The notes beneath the pieces are model-generated. The model was not told where the DNA came from. It saw nothing but the letters and a program-made list of their open reading frames with translations, and made no database searches. A DNA stretch of 63,548 nucleotides, filler included, from Octopus bimaculoides (lineage: Eukaryota): NCBI RefSeq assembly GCF_001194135.2. It is 5 parts of 5 records of this genome, joined end to end, with 100 filler letters (N's around TTAATTAATTAA, not from the genome) between each part and the next. Parts side by side here need not be neighbours in the genome. Positions count along the whole stretch, not along the records: positions 1 to 27,883 come from NC_069001.1; positions 27,984 to 52,042 come from NC_068985.1; 3 more parts are not named here. One strand, written 5' to 3'. Below are positions 25,075-37,194 of this stretch, in pieces; positions within the stretch are counted from its first letter, which is position 1, and every line of letters begins with the position of its first letter. A program made the translations under genes and the position numbers.

Positions 25075-25915
25075 ATCAGTTGCTTTTGCCGAAACGCTAG
25101 ATTAAGGGGACGTAAACACACCAACATTGGTTGTCAAGTCATTATAGGTGGGGGAAGACAAACACAGACACACAGACATGTACATTATATATATATATAT
25201 ATATATNNNNNNNNNNNNNNNNNNNNNNNNNNNNNNNNNNNNNNNNNNNNNNNNNNNNNNNNNNNNNNNNNNNNNNNNNNNNNNNNNNNNNNNNNNNNNN
25301 NNNNNNNNNNNNNNNNNNNNNNNNNNNNNNNNNNNNNNNNNNNNNNNNNNNNNNNNNNNNNNNNNNNNNNNNNNNNNNNNNNNNNNNNNNNNNNNNNNNN
25401 NNNNNNNNNNNNNNNNNNNNNNNNNNNNNNNNNNNNNNNNNNNNNNNNNNNNNNNNNNNNNNNNNNNNNNNNNNNNNNNNNNNNNNNNNNNNNNNNNNNN
25501 NNNNNNNNNNNNNNNNNNNNNNNNNNNNNNNNNNNNNNNNNNNNNNNNNNNNNNNNNNNNNNNNNNNNNNNNNNNNNNNNNNNNNNNNNNNNNNNNNNNN
25601 NNNNNNNNNNNNNNNNNNNNNNNNNNNNNNNNNNNNNNNNNNNNNNNNNNNNNNNNNNNNNNNNNNNNNNNNNNNNNNNNNNNNNNNNNNNNNNNNNNNN
25701 NNNNNNNNNNNNNNNNNNNNNNNNNNNNNNNNNNNNNNNNNNNNNNNNNNNNNNNNNNNNNNNNNNNNNCGGGCTTCATTCAACTAAATCCACTCACAAG
25801 GCTTTGGTCGGCCAGAGGCTACAGTAGAAGACACTTGCCCAAGGTGCCATGCAAGGGGACTGAACTCGGAACCATGTGGTTGGTAAGCAAGCTTCCTACC
25901 ACACAGCCACTCCTG
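25075..25915 (-). mobile_element. SINE family B spanning an assembly gap at its internal microsatellite
   Basis: 3' part 25075-25206 and 5' part 25770-25915 in the same orientation on either side of the N-run. Confidence 0.7.
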
Positions 25916-26286
25916 TCTCTCTCTCTATATATATACATAAAAGATACACACACCTACATGTTTTTCATGGCATCCTCCTGTACTGTTATCCGACATCACA
26001 CGCTGTTCCAACCCCTGCTCATTCTCTTCTCCACTTGCACTCACCCTCACACCTACCTGACTCACATTCCACCCCGTATATACTCCGCTAACCTCGCATA
26101 TCTTCAACACCTTTCACCTATCTTTTAGGTGTGTCCTGCAAAAGGATGAAAAGAAACGCTTTTTTATATTTATTTTTAACACAGATCTTCACATACACAC
26201 ACACACACACACACACATACATGTGCATGTGTGCATGCATGTACATATATGTGCTTATATATATATATATACATATAAGCATATAA

Positions 26287-26348
<62 letters not shown>

Positions 26349-27883
26349 TTATATGACTATATATATAAATACATATTTATATGTGTATATATATATGTGT
26401 GTATGTATGTATGCATGGATGTATGCATGCGTGCATGTATGTTTGTATATGTATGTATCTGTACATGTATATGTATATATATGTATATTTATGTGTATAT
26501 ATTTATGTACATAAATAGCTTTTGTTTATTGAGTGTTAGAAGACCGCAATCCTTCTCGTTACAAATTTATATTTGGTACATAGAGCTTTATATTCGTTAT
26601 ATTTATGTGAAATAAACTTACAGTGATTACACAAACGAACCACTGATTCGCTCACCTCTCCCAGCATTCAACCATGTACGTCAGTGTGTTATAAGAAAAT
26701 AATGGACTGTTTTTAATGGATTAAAATGGTACAGGTTATGGGACACTGTGCGTCGTGGATCAGAGAAGCTAAATTGACAGTTAGTTCGCTCTGTTTTAAG
26801 TAGAGGGAAGGAATGTAATGTTTCTCTGTGGGACAAATGACGCAGCACTTTGACCATAAACGTCTGTTTCATTTAACCCTTCTCCTTTGTCTCACGAGTT
26901 CCAAATCTAGTTTGAAAATGCTGTGTAGTTTTATAAGTTGTGATGACGAAATGATCTGTTGTGTTGGAATAGGCGACATTTGAAGAAGTATTCTCTAAGC
27001 CTTATGTATCTTCTTTATTTGATGATGCTCTACATGTAGAGATATTGATACGGTGTTCCATGCTTTTCTCTCTTCATTTACTGTTTAAAGATATAGTCCT
27101 GTATTTCAGTAATCCCATGTTGGCTCTCACCGCTTTACGTTCGTTTGCATTACTTTTATAATGTGGCTCTGAGTATCTAGATATGTTTCTCGCGCAGCTT
27201 TAACTTACGTTAATGCTGTTTTTGTTGAACGATTGACCGTTCATATTAGCGGATAGAAATAAAAAGAATGGAATCATTTTTAGCGTGTTTAAGCCGTGTG
27301 AGCCGTTAGCTGAGATCCGTCATGCACTTCGAAAGCATACTTCGAAATCGAGATAGATATATTATATATAAAGGACAACCAGCTTCAGATTAGACTGTTA
27401 ACTAATACACAGACATGTAAGGACGGATATAGATCAGGGTATTGCCACTTCTTTCTTTCTTTCTTTCTTNNNNNNNNNNTATATAGCAATTTAAATCTCT
27501 GAATGAGAAGTTTACAGTAGCAGTACGGAATCGTAAAATATAATTGCCAACTGGAAAAAGCATGTAGTATTTTGCGTGTGAAATGAGTTTTCATCACTAG
27601 TTCGTAATTATCAAACACTGATGACTGGTTACTACTCAGAAACCCGGTTCTGTGTGTATTACGTAAGGCTAGAAATGGGAACGATGATTTCCCCTCGCAA
27701 AAACTAATCGGATACAGACAGTGTGTCGTTAGCCAGCTGGAGGAGATGTCCTCCTGGGGCTAAAAGCAACAGTAGTATATATATATATATATATACACAC
27801 ACAGAGAAAGAGAGATTGATAGATATACATATACATGCATACATATATACATGCGTGTATGTATATATATATATATATATATA

Positions 27884-27983
27884 NNNNNNNNNNNNNNNNN
27901 NNNNNNNNNNNNNNNNNNNNNNNNNNNTTAATTAATTAANNNNNNNNNNNNNNNNNNNNNNNNNNNNNNNNNNNNNNNNNNNN
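27884..27983. other. Artificial scaffold-join linker
   Basis: 44 N + TTAATTAATTAA + 44 N = exactly 100 bp; identical structure four times in the window. Confidence 0.95.
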
Positions 27984-28240
27984 CTGTTATCAGTCCAGCA
28001 TAAACATAGACACAGACAAACATATGTTCATGACATACATAAGTACATTCATACATACATATATACACACATTACATTCCTTCATTCTTTCATTCACTCA
28101 CTCATTCATTCATTCATTCATTTATTCATTCATTCACTTATTTATTTATTCATACATTGATTGATTGATTGATTCATCCATTCATTAGAAACTAGCTCCT
28201 TTCCTACAGGAAGATTTCAAGTGATTAAAAATAGAGGACA

Positions 28241-28271
<31 letters not shown>

Positions 28272-28591
28272 TACATACATACATGCATGCAAATGTGTTT
28301 ATGCATATATATGTATGAAGGATTTCCATAAAATTTTCATCTATCAAATTCCATTCACAAAATATCAATCAATCCATGGTTATAGCAAAAGATATTTACA
28401 TCAGGTGCCTCAGATTTGGATTGAACACAGAACCAAGAGATTACAAAGTGAACTTTGTAAACACATTATCATACCTGCGTTTGTAGACATAAACAAATTT
28501 GTAACACATTTTCATTTCAGCTGAGATTTCAAAATCCAGTTTTATCTCTGTTTTGTTTCCCTTAGTAGAATGTCTCACTTTTTGACATACA

Positions 28592-28892
28592 TTTAAAAAT
28601 AATAAGTGAATATATTATAGCTTACATTATTTAAAATAATAATTGAATATAGTATAGCTTATATTATTTAAAATAATAATTGAATATATTATAGCTTAAA
28701 TTATTTAAAATAATAATTGAATATATTATAGCTTACATTATTTAAAATAATAATTGAATATATTATAGCTTACATTATTTAAAATAATAATTGAATATAG
28801 TATAGTTTACATTATTTAAAATAATAATTGAATATATCATAGCTTAAATTATTTAAAATAAATATTGAATATATTATAGCTTACATTATTTT
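28592..28892. repeat. 37-bp AT-rich minisatellite, about 8 units
   Basis: Unit TTAAAATAATAATTGAATATATTATAGCTTACATTAT at 28631, 28668, 28705 etc.; no spacers. Confidence 0.92.
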
Positions 28893-29103
28893 TAAGGTAT
28901 CAACACTCATCTAAATTATTATCATTTATCAATTAAAAAAAAAAATTGTTCTTATCACAACCAAAGTCCCATGCTAGAGTAACCTTGTCAAAACTGCTCT
29001 TATACAACAACACACAAAAAAGAAATGTAAATTAATAGCATAAAGTTCATTTATACCATGTTGGTACATTACGAACACACACAAACTATAAAACTTTTCA
29101 AAG

Positions 29104-29163
29104 ATGACATTAGAATCTACCACAACTATCACTGAAGAACCAGCTACTAATTATCAATCTAAG
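29104..29163 (+). CDS. Candidate 60-nt phase-0 exon (MTLESTTTITEEPATNYQSK)
   Basis: Acceptor cttttcaaag, donor AAG|GTAATG; only one open frame from this acceptor. Confidence 0.3.
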
Positions 29164-29301
29164 GTAATGTGTTATTTAAAACTCTAATAGTAGAGGTATG
29201 ATTAAATCATTAGTTAATATTTGTTGTATAGATATAAAAAATAATTATTAGAGCAATAGATTTCCATTCTACAGTAGAAGCTTTGATCTTTTTTTTTTCA
29301 G

Positions 29302-29367
29302 CTCTTGAAAATAATACAGAAGTCTCAATTTGCAGAAGCATACATAGAAAAACTAACATAAAACATT
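29302..29367 (+). CDS. Candidate 66-nt exon (phase 0: LLKIIQKSQFAEAYIEKLT*; phase 1: LENNTEVSICRSIHRKTNIKH)
   Basis: Strong acceptor (poly-T)CAG, donor GTAAGC. Confidence 0.3.
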
Positions 29368-29449
29368 GTAAGCTGTTATACACACACACATACATACACA
29401 TACACATATATACACACACACACACATACATTTATGTACTTATATATGT

Positions 29450-29450
29450 T

Positions 29451-29482
<32 letters not shown>

Positions 29483-29670
29483 ATTAACATCCATGTTCTA
29501 TGTTGGCATGGGTTACATGGTTTGACTGGATCCAATGGATCCAAGGATTGCATTGTTCTCTGCTGTTTTCTCTGGCATAAGTTTCAACAACTGGATACCT
29601 TTCCTAATGCCATCCCCTTTACAGCATGTATTGGATTCTTCTTTTTTCATTCCACCAGCACTCATGAGAT
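29450..29670 (-). mobile_element. SINE family E (RTE-like tail, (GAT)n), decayed
   Basis: Similar to 30355-30615 and the reverse complement of 43230-43398. Confidence 0.6.
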
Positions 29671-30354
29671 CGGTGTACAGCTTACAAAGCTATGGACCTC
29701 ACAAGAGGTGGTTTAATGCTTGGAGATGAGGGGTTACAGAAAAGAGTATAGAACAGAGAACCATCAGGATATTGTAGTATATTGCCCATTATTGTTTGAG
29801 GCCAGAAATGGTTGAGGGAATGTATAAACATTAGAAACAAAATAAATAAAATGAAGTCGAGATGGTATTGAAATATGATATTATATATTAGGACTTCCTA
29901 ACTTAAACCTTAATTGAGGAAAATAGCTAAGCTTAATATATTCTGAGTATTACTGAAATATGGTTGAATCTATGTGGGAGACAGATCAGTGAAGTTACAA
30001 TGAGAAAAATAATCTATGACTTAATTCTATTCATAAGAGGCTATAATCTACGAGGAAAAAATAGTTTCCAAGAATTTAATTTGTATAGTATTTTCTAAGT
30101 ATTAAGCTCTGATAAAGAAAGGATAATTAGAACTAAAACAAACGTGACAGAAAGATTCATCAAAAATAAGATACAATAAATTAAATTAATAAATCAATGG
30201 GAAAGAATTAAAATGCTACGAAAATAGATATAATTAAGAATACTAAGAAAACTAAGAAAACTAAATACGTCTTTTAAGGTTTGCCTAGGGTACCTAGGGC
30301 TAGGTTAAGACTCATAGAGGCCCAAAACCCTTAAAAGATTTTGGTGCCCCCATC

Positions 30355-30615
30355 ATCATCATCATCATCGTCATCGTTTAACGTCCGCTTTCCATGCTAG
30401 CATGGGTTAGACGATTTGACTGAGGACTGGTGAACCAGATGGCTACACCAGGCTCCAATCTGATTTGGCAGAGTTTCTACAGCTGGATGCTCTTCCTAAC
30501 ACCAACCACTCCAAGAGTGTAGTGGGTTCTTTTACGTGCCACCGATACGAAGGCCAGTCAGGCGGTACTGGCAATGGCCATGCTCAAAATGGTGTATTTT
30601 ACGTGCCACCCGCTC
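30355..30615 (-). mobile_element. SINE family E (RTE-like tail)
   Basis: (CAT)n tail then GTTTAACGTCCGCTTTCCATGCTAGCATGGGTT; matches 43060-43398. Confidence 0.75.
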
Positions 30616-31909
30616 AGGAGCCATATGTAATTCAAAATGTAAATCATAAAATGAATTTTTATTTTTCAAAATGTAACAAAACTAACAGTATAATGGAAAA
30701 TAATGTTTATTGTTGTATACTTCCACTTTATTTATATTTGAAATGATTTCTACTTTTTTTTTTTTTTAATTGCGGATTCAATCAGATCCTCACTACGACA
30801 CCATGAACCTTTTGAAATTATATTTCAATCATGTAAACCACTTCAAATATTATTTTAGCAAGTTTAAAGTGATTTCTTTTGTGCTGTAAACCATTTACCA
30901 TTTCTATGGTGAACCCCTTCTCTTAATGCTCTAAGCATGTGCTTATTTTGCTTAATGATTAATCTAGCGCTGAGGATACCCAAGATACAAATTATTTTAA
31001 AGCTATTAAAAATCCAACGTGAAAACTTGGGATGTTAATGAAAACCAAATACTAGTTTTTTTCAATTTTAATTTATTACATGTGCTGGTATTAATGTTAT
31101 TCTTTTACTAGAGGGTACTTTGTTCTGTTTTTTTTTTTTCACTGCTTCCATAGATTCCCATGGCTCTGTTGCCATCCAATTTCATTATTATGAATTTGAA
31201 TTGGGAGCATGAGTCAGAGTGAATTTTTCATTAGCTAATTACATAACCATGGGCACCACCCCTATGGATGTATTGCAGTTACTCTCTTGATAGAACTTGG
31301 TGATCCCGGCCATTGATTATCTAGGATTCCTCCACTGAGCCTCAGTGTGAGCAGCACCATTGGCTCAGTTGAGCTCTTCCACTATCTCTTCACAATATGC
31401 CATACTGCAGTCCTATGACTTCACCATTTCCCTGGCAGGGTGGCTAAACAGGTGCTATGCCTTGCCAAAGGGCAGCTTATAACTATGCAGGGTATGTTCA
31501 TCACTCTGTGAGGTATTTCCAAGATATCTGCACACCCAAAGAGGGTCCTAAAATTTTAAAATTCAATTAATCTTTAATTTAATTAATCAGATATTATTAA
31601 CTTTAACCTGTAACATAATTCTTTTACTTATTGTTTGGTTGTCATGGAATTATATGACCTCAAATACACAACAAAAATATCTTAATTCCATCTAATGAGT
31701 TCTATATGCAGCTGCTGCTGGAGAAGGTGGTCGATCAGGTCAGGGCTATGAGAGGGAAAGCATTTTTCTTTGCCAAAGCAAAACCACCACTTGTGTCCAA
31801 GCACTTCAATCTAACCAGTCCTTCAGATGACTCCTGGAATTGGTTTTCCCAAATTTCCATGCACAAAAACAATTGGTAAAATCAGCTGAAATAGATTTAT
31901 AATACTATG

Positions 31910-31971
<62 letters not shown>

Positions 31972-31989
31972 TTCAAATAAAATTAGTGT

Positions 31990-32520
31990 ACATTAATCCC
32001 TGTTCACAGCGCAAACGGGAGTTCGGACGGCCCCTGTGCAAGGACAATCCGAATACAGACAGGTGTTGCAAAGAGTGACCAGTAGAGTGGAAATGGCACG
32101 AGACTGGGTTGTCATTGCCGAGTCAGATGTCTCGGAGGTGTTCCGTGAACTGGTCAGCCAAGCGGCGTCTTGCTTGCCCGATGTATAGAGAAGGGCAGAG
32201 AGAGCAAGAGATGCAGCAGATGACATTGGTAGAAGTGCAGGTGGAGGAGTCGGTGATATGATAGGGTTGATGATGGGTGTCAGTGAGGAGGATGGTGTTG
32301 GAGAGGTAAGGGCAAGTGTGGCAACATGGGCGAGAGCAGGTGAATGAACCGGGTTGGGAGGTTGGGTTAGAGAAGAAGCTGTGGACCAAGAGGTCTCGTA
32401 GGTTGTGGGCTTATTTGAAAGAGGGGAGGGGTTGGTTAGGGAAGATGTGCAAAGTGGAGGGGTCGGACTGGAGTCACCGGAAGGCTCGGAGAATGGTGCG
32501 TTGGATAGGTGAGGGGAAAC
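31990..32520 (-). mobile_element. Penelope-like element, RT C-terminal region plus GIY-YIG endonuclease (pseudogenised)
   Basis: SDPSTLHIFP..NLRDLLV..CSRPCCHTCPY..CTSTNVICCISCSLCPSLYIGQARRRLADQFTEHLRDI*..VSCHFHSTGHS; in-frame stops. Confidence 0.9.
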
Positions 32521-32779
32521 GAGAGACGGTGGGGGTATTTATCTATGTTTGTGTGTGTGTGTGTATACACACACATACATATATACAGGAAATTGGAAAT
32601 TTTCTGGTATTATTTGTTTATCATTACACATGTTCCATTTGCCGATAAGAATAACAAAGTTTTAAATGTTAGATAGACATGCAAGGAGTTTCCTACTTGG
32701 AATTCTTCAGGCAAAGAAATAATATAACGACATAATATAATACAGCTGAGATTTACCCAAATAGCTTACATAATATATA

Positions 32780-32810
<31 letters not shown>

Positions 32811-33949
32811 ATGTACGTATATATATGTATACACACATACATACACACACATGTGTGTGTATGTATGTATGTATGTATGTATGTATATCATCATTGTTTA
32901 ACATCTGGTCTCCATGCGCATACACATTCATATATAGATATATAGGTATGTGTGTGCATGTGTAAGTGTATATGTGTACATGTGTGTGTGTGCATACATG
33001 CATGTGTGTGTGTCTGTGTGCACATGCATATGTGTGTGTGTATGTGTGTATGTGTGGACTTTTTTCTTGACATCACATGTCAAACTAAGTATTACCATCA
33101 TACAAAGGATATTGTTGATTTTCAGTCTTCCATTAAAAACATGTCTGGACAAGGAGAAATATTATCTTGCTTGTGAGAGTAACCTCAGGCATGTAGACTG
33201 AGGAAGGAAATAGGCAAGTGAGCATTCACTGCTAAAAAGCCAGAAGTGGGTAACTGATAGGTGGGGTTTTGAATAGGTGCATATATTTTCCAGAGGAAAA
33301 AGGGAGACACAACTGCATAGAATGGTTAAGAGAAGATTTATTGATATGTTAACATGTGTGTGTGTATGTGTGTGCATCATGTATACAGAATAATAGACAG
33401 GCCGTCATGAGAACAAAGTGTATGTGTATGCATAAGGAGAGATGTATTCATGTGTGTTAAGTACATATAAGAATAGCAATGAAGAGTCTATAGCCATTGA
33501 AATGAGAAGTTCATAGACACAAGGATGAGAATACCAGTCTCATAGTCAATTGTACATGGTAGTTGAAATACTGTATCAAGATGTTGCGGTCATGATGCTG
33601 AGCCGGTTGCAGGTACATGTTGTACGTGAAGTCGTGGCTGTGATGCTGCTACCTGGGTCACTTGGTACAGGAGTTGATGCAGGTTGTATATTCACTGTTG
33701 ATCCATGTTGAAGTAATTCACGAACCGAGAAGTATTGGAACCTGGGCGAGTTGCCTGTTGAGCTGTGTATGTAGAGAGCTGATGTTGATGACATTGAAAA
33801 CATGATGATGGCAAGGAAGAAGGAGACTACTGTAAAGCTGTTGAATGAAGTTGGTAAGTCTCAACGTGGCTGCTGTAGTGTCGTTACTGGAACTGGCTGT
33901 GTCTTGTGGGTCGGTGGCTTGACCTAAAAAGGTCTGGAACTGAAACTCC

Positions 33950-34125
33950 TGAATGACATTACAAATAACGTTTTTAATTTCCTTTTCTGATTATAATGCA
34001 GCTATTGCGTATCTTTCAACAGTTCCGCATTCTTTGGAATTAGCCTAGATAAACAATCTGCATGGCCAATTTTCTTAGAAGGAATGTTTTCCATTTGTCA
34101 TAACAATTGGCGATACAGCAATGGT
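33950..34125 (-). mobile_element. Gypsy-type pol fragment (end of RNase H)
   Basis: MENIPSKKIGHADCLSRLIPKNAE contains the ADxLSRL motif; frameshifted afterwards. Confidence 0.6.
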
Positions 34126-34899
34126 TTACTGAATGTTTGTATTTGCAAACAAGAAAAAATGTAATCAGTATATATCTGTTGTTCACTTTAACACAACACC
34201 TGGTTCTTGGGTCCCTTTAACTGAGTCTATTCTGTGGTAAGCATTAAGGCCAGGTCTCTGGTCATAAGATAACTTACTGCATCTTCGCTCCCAGTTAGGA
34301 GAGCATTGCTGTCATCTGACTTAGCAAAGTAAAATGGTAGGATTTGAGAGTGATTTGGCGACTATTTCTTTCAGGCTGAGAACTCACTTCCATACAGTTA
34401 CCATTTTGTTGTTGTTATTGTTTAAATCCAGGCCAGCCTTGATCGTATTATGAAAGGTGATTGATCCAAGACTCTGCTGTTCTTTTCAGGATATCCATTG
34501 TATCCTTTCTTTTTTCATTTTGAGAGCATGTGATTTAAGATAAATTAAACTGCTATTTCTAGCAATTTGAGCAACCATATAGAGGCTCACTTGACGGCCT
34601 GAAGTCATCTTATTGAAATAGTGGTTATTTAAAGGTGGAATGGTGGGGAGGTGACATTTGAAATGAAATGTCTGATTGTTGATGCAAACTCAAAGGTTTG
34701 TCCTGCATTGTTGACATGGTAATTTCAAGCATTTCAAACTGTGGTTATCCTGTCTCATTGTTCTTGTTATCTAAGTGTTATTAATAGAATTGTTGTCACC
34801 TAGATAATTGGCTTCAATCTTCACATAGTCATCTCCTCTTCATTCTATTTTTCCTTCCCCTCATGTTTACAATTCACTACAATTTGTGAATGGGCCAAC

Positions 34900-35205
34900 T
34901 TTCGACGTGTGCCCGTACTCTCTTTCTCCTCATTCAACAGCCTTTAACATCCCATTATTTTCAATGTCCATAACAGCAAATATGACACTGTCATTCAGCA
35001 CACTTTTTTTCCCACAATGTCTCAATTCTCTCTAGTAATCTGCTTTGCAATCTCCAACACCTCATACCTCTGATCTTCATGTTAAAGAGCATTGATAAAT
35101 CTCTTACTTTCTGCATCTTGCCTTGTTAAGTATAGCTTTCATCCAGCTACTTGGTATAGTTCTCTGCTGCCTCCTTTCTTGTAGCCTGTTTTAGCTTTTA
35201 TGGCT
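34900..35205 (-). mobile_element. RTE-clade LINE ORF fragment
   Basis: KGGSRELYQ..RQDAESKRFINAL..EDQRYEVLEIAKQITREN.DIVGKK..RLLNEE resembles the RTE EN-RT linker; degraded. Confidence 0.55.
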
Positions 35206-35240
35206 CTCTCTACAATATATATATATATATATATATATAA

Positions 35241-35670
35241 TCTTTTCTACTCTAGGAACAAGGCCTGAAATTTTTGGGGTGGGGGCTAGTTGATTAGACT
35301 GACCCCAGTACACAATTGGTATTTAATTTATCGACCCCGAAAGGATGAAAAGCAAAGTCAACCTTGGCGGAATTTGAACTCAGAATGTAGTGATGGGCAA
35401 AATACCGCTAAGCATTTCGTCCAGCATGCTAACAATTCTTATTTCTTTATTGCAAACAAAGGGCTAAACATAGAGGGGACAAACAAGGACAAACAAAGGG
35501 ATTAAGTTGATTACATCGACCCCAGTGCATAAGTGGTACTTAATTTATCGACTCCGAAAGGATGATAGGCAAAGTTGACCTCGGCGGAATTTGAACTCAG
35601 AACGTAGTTACAGGCGAAATACTGCTAAGTATTTCATCCAGCATGCTAACAATTCTGCCAGTTTGCTGCC
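35241..35670 (-). mobile_element. Two tandem SINE family A copies
   Basis: Two consecutive reverse-complement family A units with CpG decay. Confidence 0.85.
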
Positions 35671-36342
35671 TTTGTGCATAAATATATAATGATAATGTGA
35701 ACATTTGGATGGAAATTCATAAACACTTTAATGTATTGCTACACACGTTTCAACAAAGCACCTATTTTTTGACTGCTTTACCCATCCATAGGACATTACA
35801 AATAGGATTTGCAATATCCATAGATTTTAAGGAGAGCCGTTATTATATGTGTTCATTTCTTCAGGCATACATATATATATATGGAGAGAGAGAGGGAGAG
35901 AAAGAGAGAGAGGGAGAGAAAGAGAGAGAGGGAGAGAAAGAGAGAGAGGGAGAGAGATAGAAAGAGAGAGACCTAGATGTAAATCTTTATAGTATACAGT
36001 CTGATTTCTCACTGTCGTAGATTGTTTTTTATGTTTTTATTTTAATTTTCTATTAAACAAATATTAATTCCATTTGGTTGATTTGATTGAGATCTTTCAC
36101 TGTTTCTTCTATATTTTGCCAACAATAAACAACTCTCCTATTTTTACTCATGAGGTTTGAATATACAAATAAAAGGATGCATTTTTTTTTTATTTATGGG
36201 TTTCAACCAAGTGGCTGTGGTCATGCTGGAGCACCACCGTGAAAGAATATAAAGCATGGAAAGAATATAAAGCTATTTTCAGTGTGATGCGGCAGAAACC
36301 AACCTAAAGACTAAGATTTCAATAACATGACTGATTGTAATA

Positions 36343-36552
36343 TTGGTTTCAAATTTTGGCACAAGGCCAGCAGTTTTAAGGCAAGGGCAAAGTCAATTAC
36401 ACCAATCCCCCAGTGCTCTACTGGTACTTATTTTATCAACTCTGAAAGGATGAAAAGCATAGTTGACCTCAGTGGGATGCGAATTCAGAACACAAAGACA
36501 AATGAAATGTCACTTAACACTTTGTCCATCATGCTTATAGTTTTGCCAGTGT
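36343..36552 (-). mobile_element. SINE family A, CpG-decayed
   Basis: Reverse complement of family A. Confidence 0.75.
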
Positions 36553-36678
36553 ACCACCTTACACTGATTGTAATATTAATTCAATTGTGATTTTGGGATA
36601 TTTTCTTCTTTTTTTTTGTCTCTGAGCTCTTAAAAATATTGTACCATTAATTTTTACACATGTATATCTATTGAATAG

Positions 36679-36870
36679 GCTGCCGATACTGAAGCAGATA
36701 ACTTGGAAAGAAAGTACGGTACAAATGATGATGAAATGTTTAACAAAATACTACGTACCCATTCAGATGCAGCTAGTCAAGTTGACATGTCCACATTTTC
36801 AAGAAATGGAGAGATCTATCAGTTCACTACAAGTCATAACTCTTCCATGACAAACATGTCACAAATTGAT
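36679..36870 (+). CDS. Candidate 192-nt phase-0 internal exon of an unidentified gene (AADTEADNLERKYGTNDDEMFNKILRTHSDAASQVDMSTFSRNGEIYQFTTSHNSSMTNMSQID)
   Basis: Acceptor atctattgaatag, consensus donor GAT|GTGAGT, 64 open codons, no transposon motif recognised. Confidence 0.55.
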
Positions 36871-36995
36871 GTGAGTATTGCTGTTAATTTAAAAATCAGT
36901 CTAAGTTCATACATAAGAACATAATATGGCATTTGGTGTTGATGGTTTCGTCAGTTACAAGATTATTCCCAAGATCCTTTGCAAGGTGCAAGAAC

Positions 36996-37033
36996 AACAT
37001 GTTATAACCACTTTATTGTGGTCTCATCAGATG
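36996..37033 (-). ncRNA. Fossil hammerhead motif (inactivated)
   Basis: Reverse complement CTGATGA GACCAC AATAAA GTGGTT ATAA CATGT T: stem II and ACATGT palindrome kept, CGAAA changed to TATAA. Confidence 0.4.
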
Positions 37034-37089
37034 TGTTTGGATCACTTGACCTTCAAATGACATACTCAGACACATGTATACAAATGCAT

Positions 37090-37120
<31 letters not shown>

Positions 37121-37194
37121 TGTACAGGCACATACATATATGTATGAATGAATTTCCATCAGTTTCACCAATAAGTATTCAGTTGTTTGATCAA

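Noticed and set aside
28592-28892. CRISPR-like 37-bp periodicity
   Set aside because: Head-to-tail units without unique spacers, eukaryotic context, no cas genes.
29900-30260. L1/Tx1-like C-terminal coding relic or NUMT
   Set aside because: Too degraded to support either call from sequence alone.
33576-33950. 75-aa S/T-rich ORF, or plus-strand exon ending at GTAAGT (33854)
   Set aside because: Frames are interrupted by stops and the segment is fused to a Gypsy fragment; more likely degraded retroelement sequence.
34023-34165. Plus-strand exon SAFFGISLDKQSAWPIF...
   Set aside because: It is the antisense of a Gypsy RNase H fragment (GHADCLSRL).
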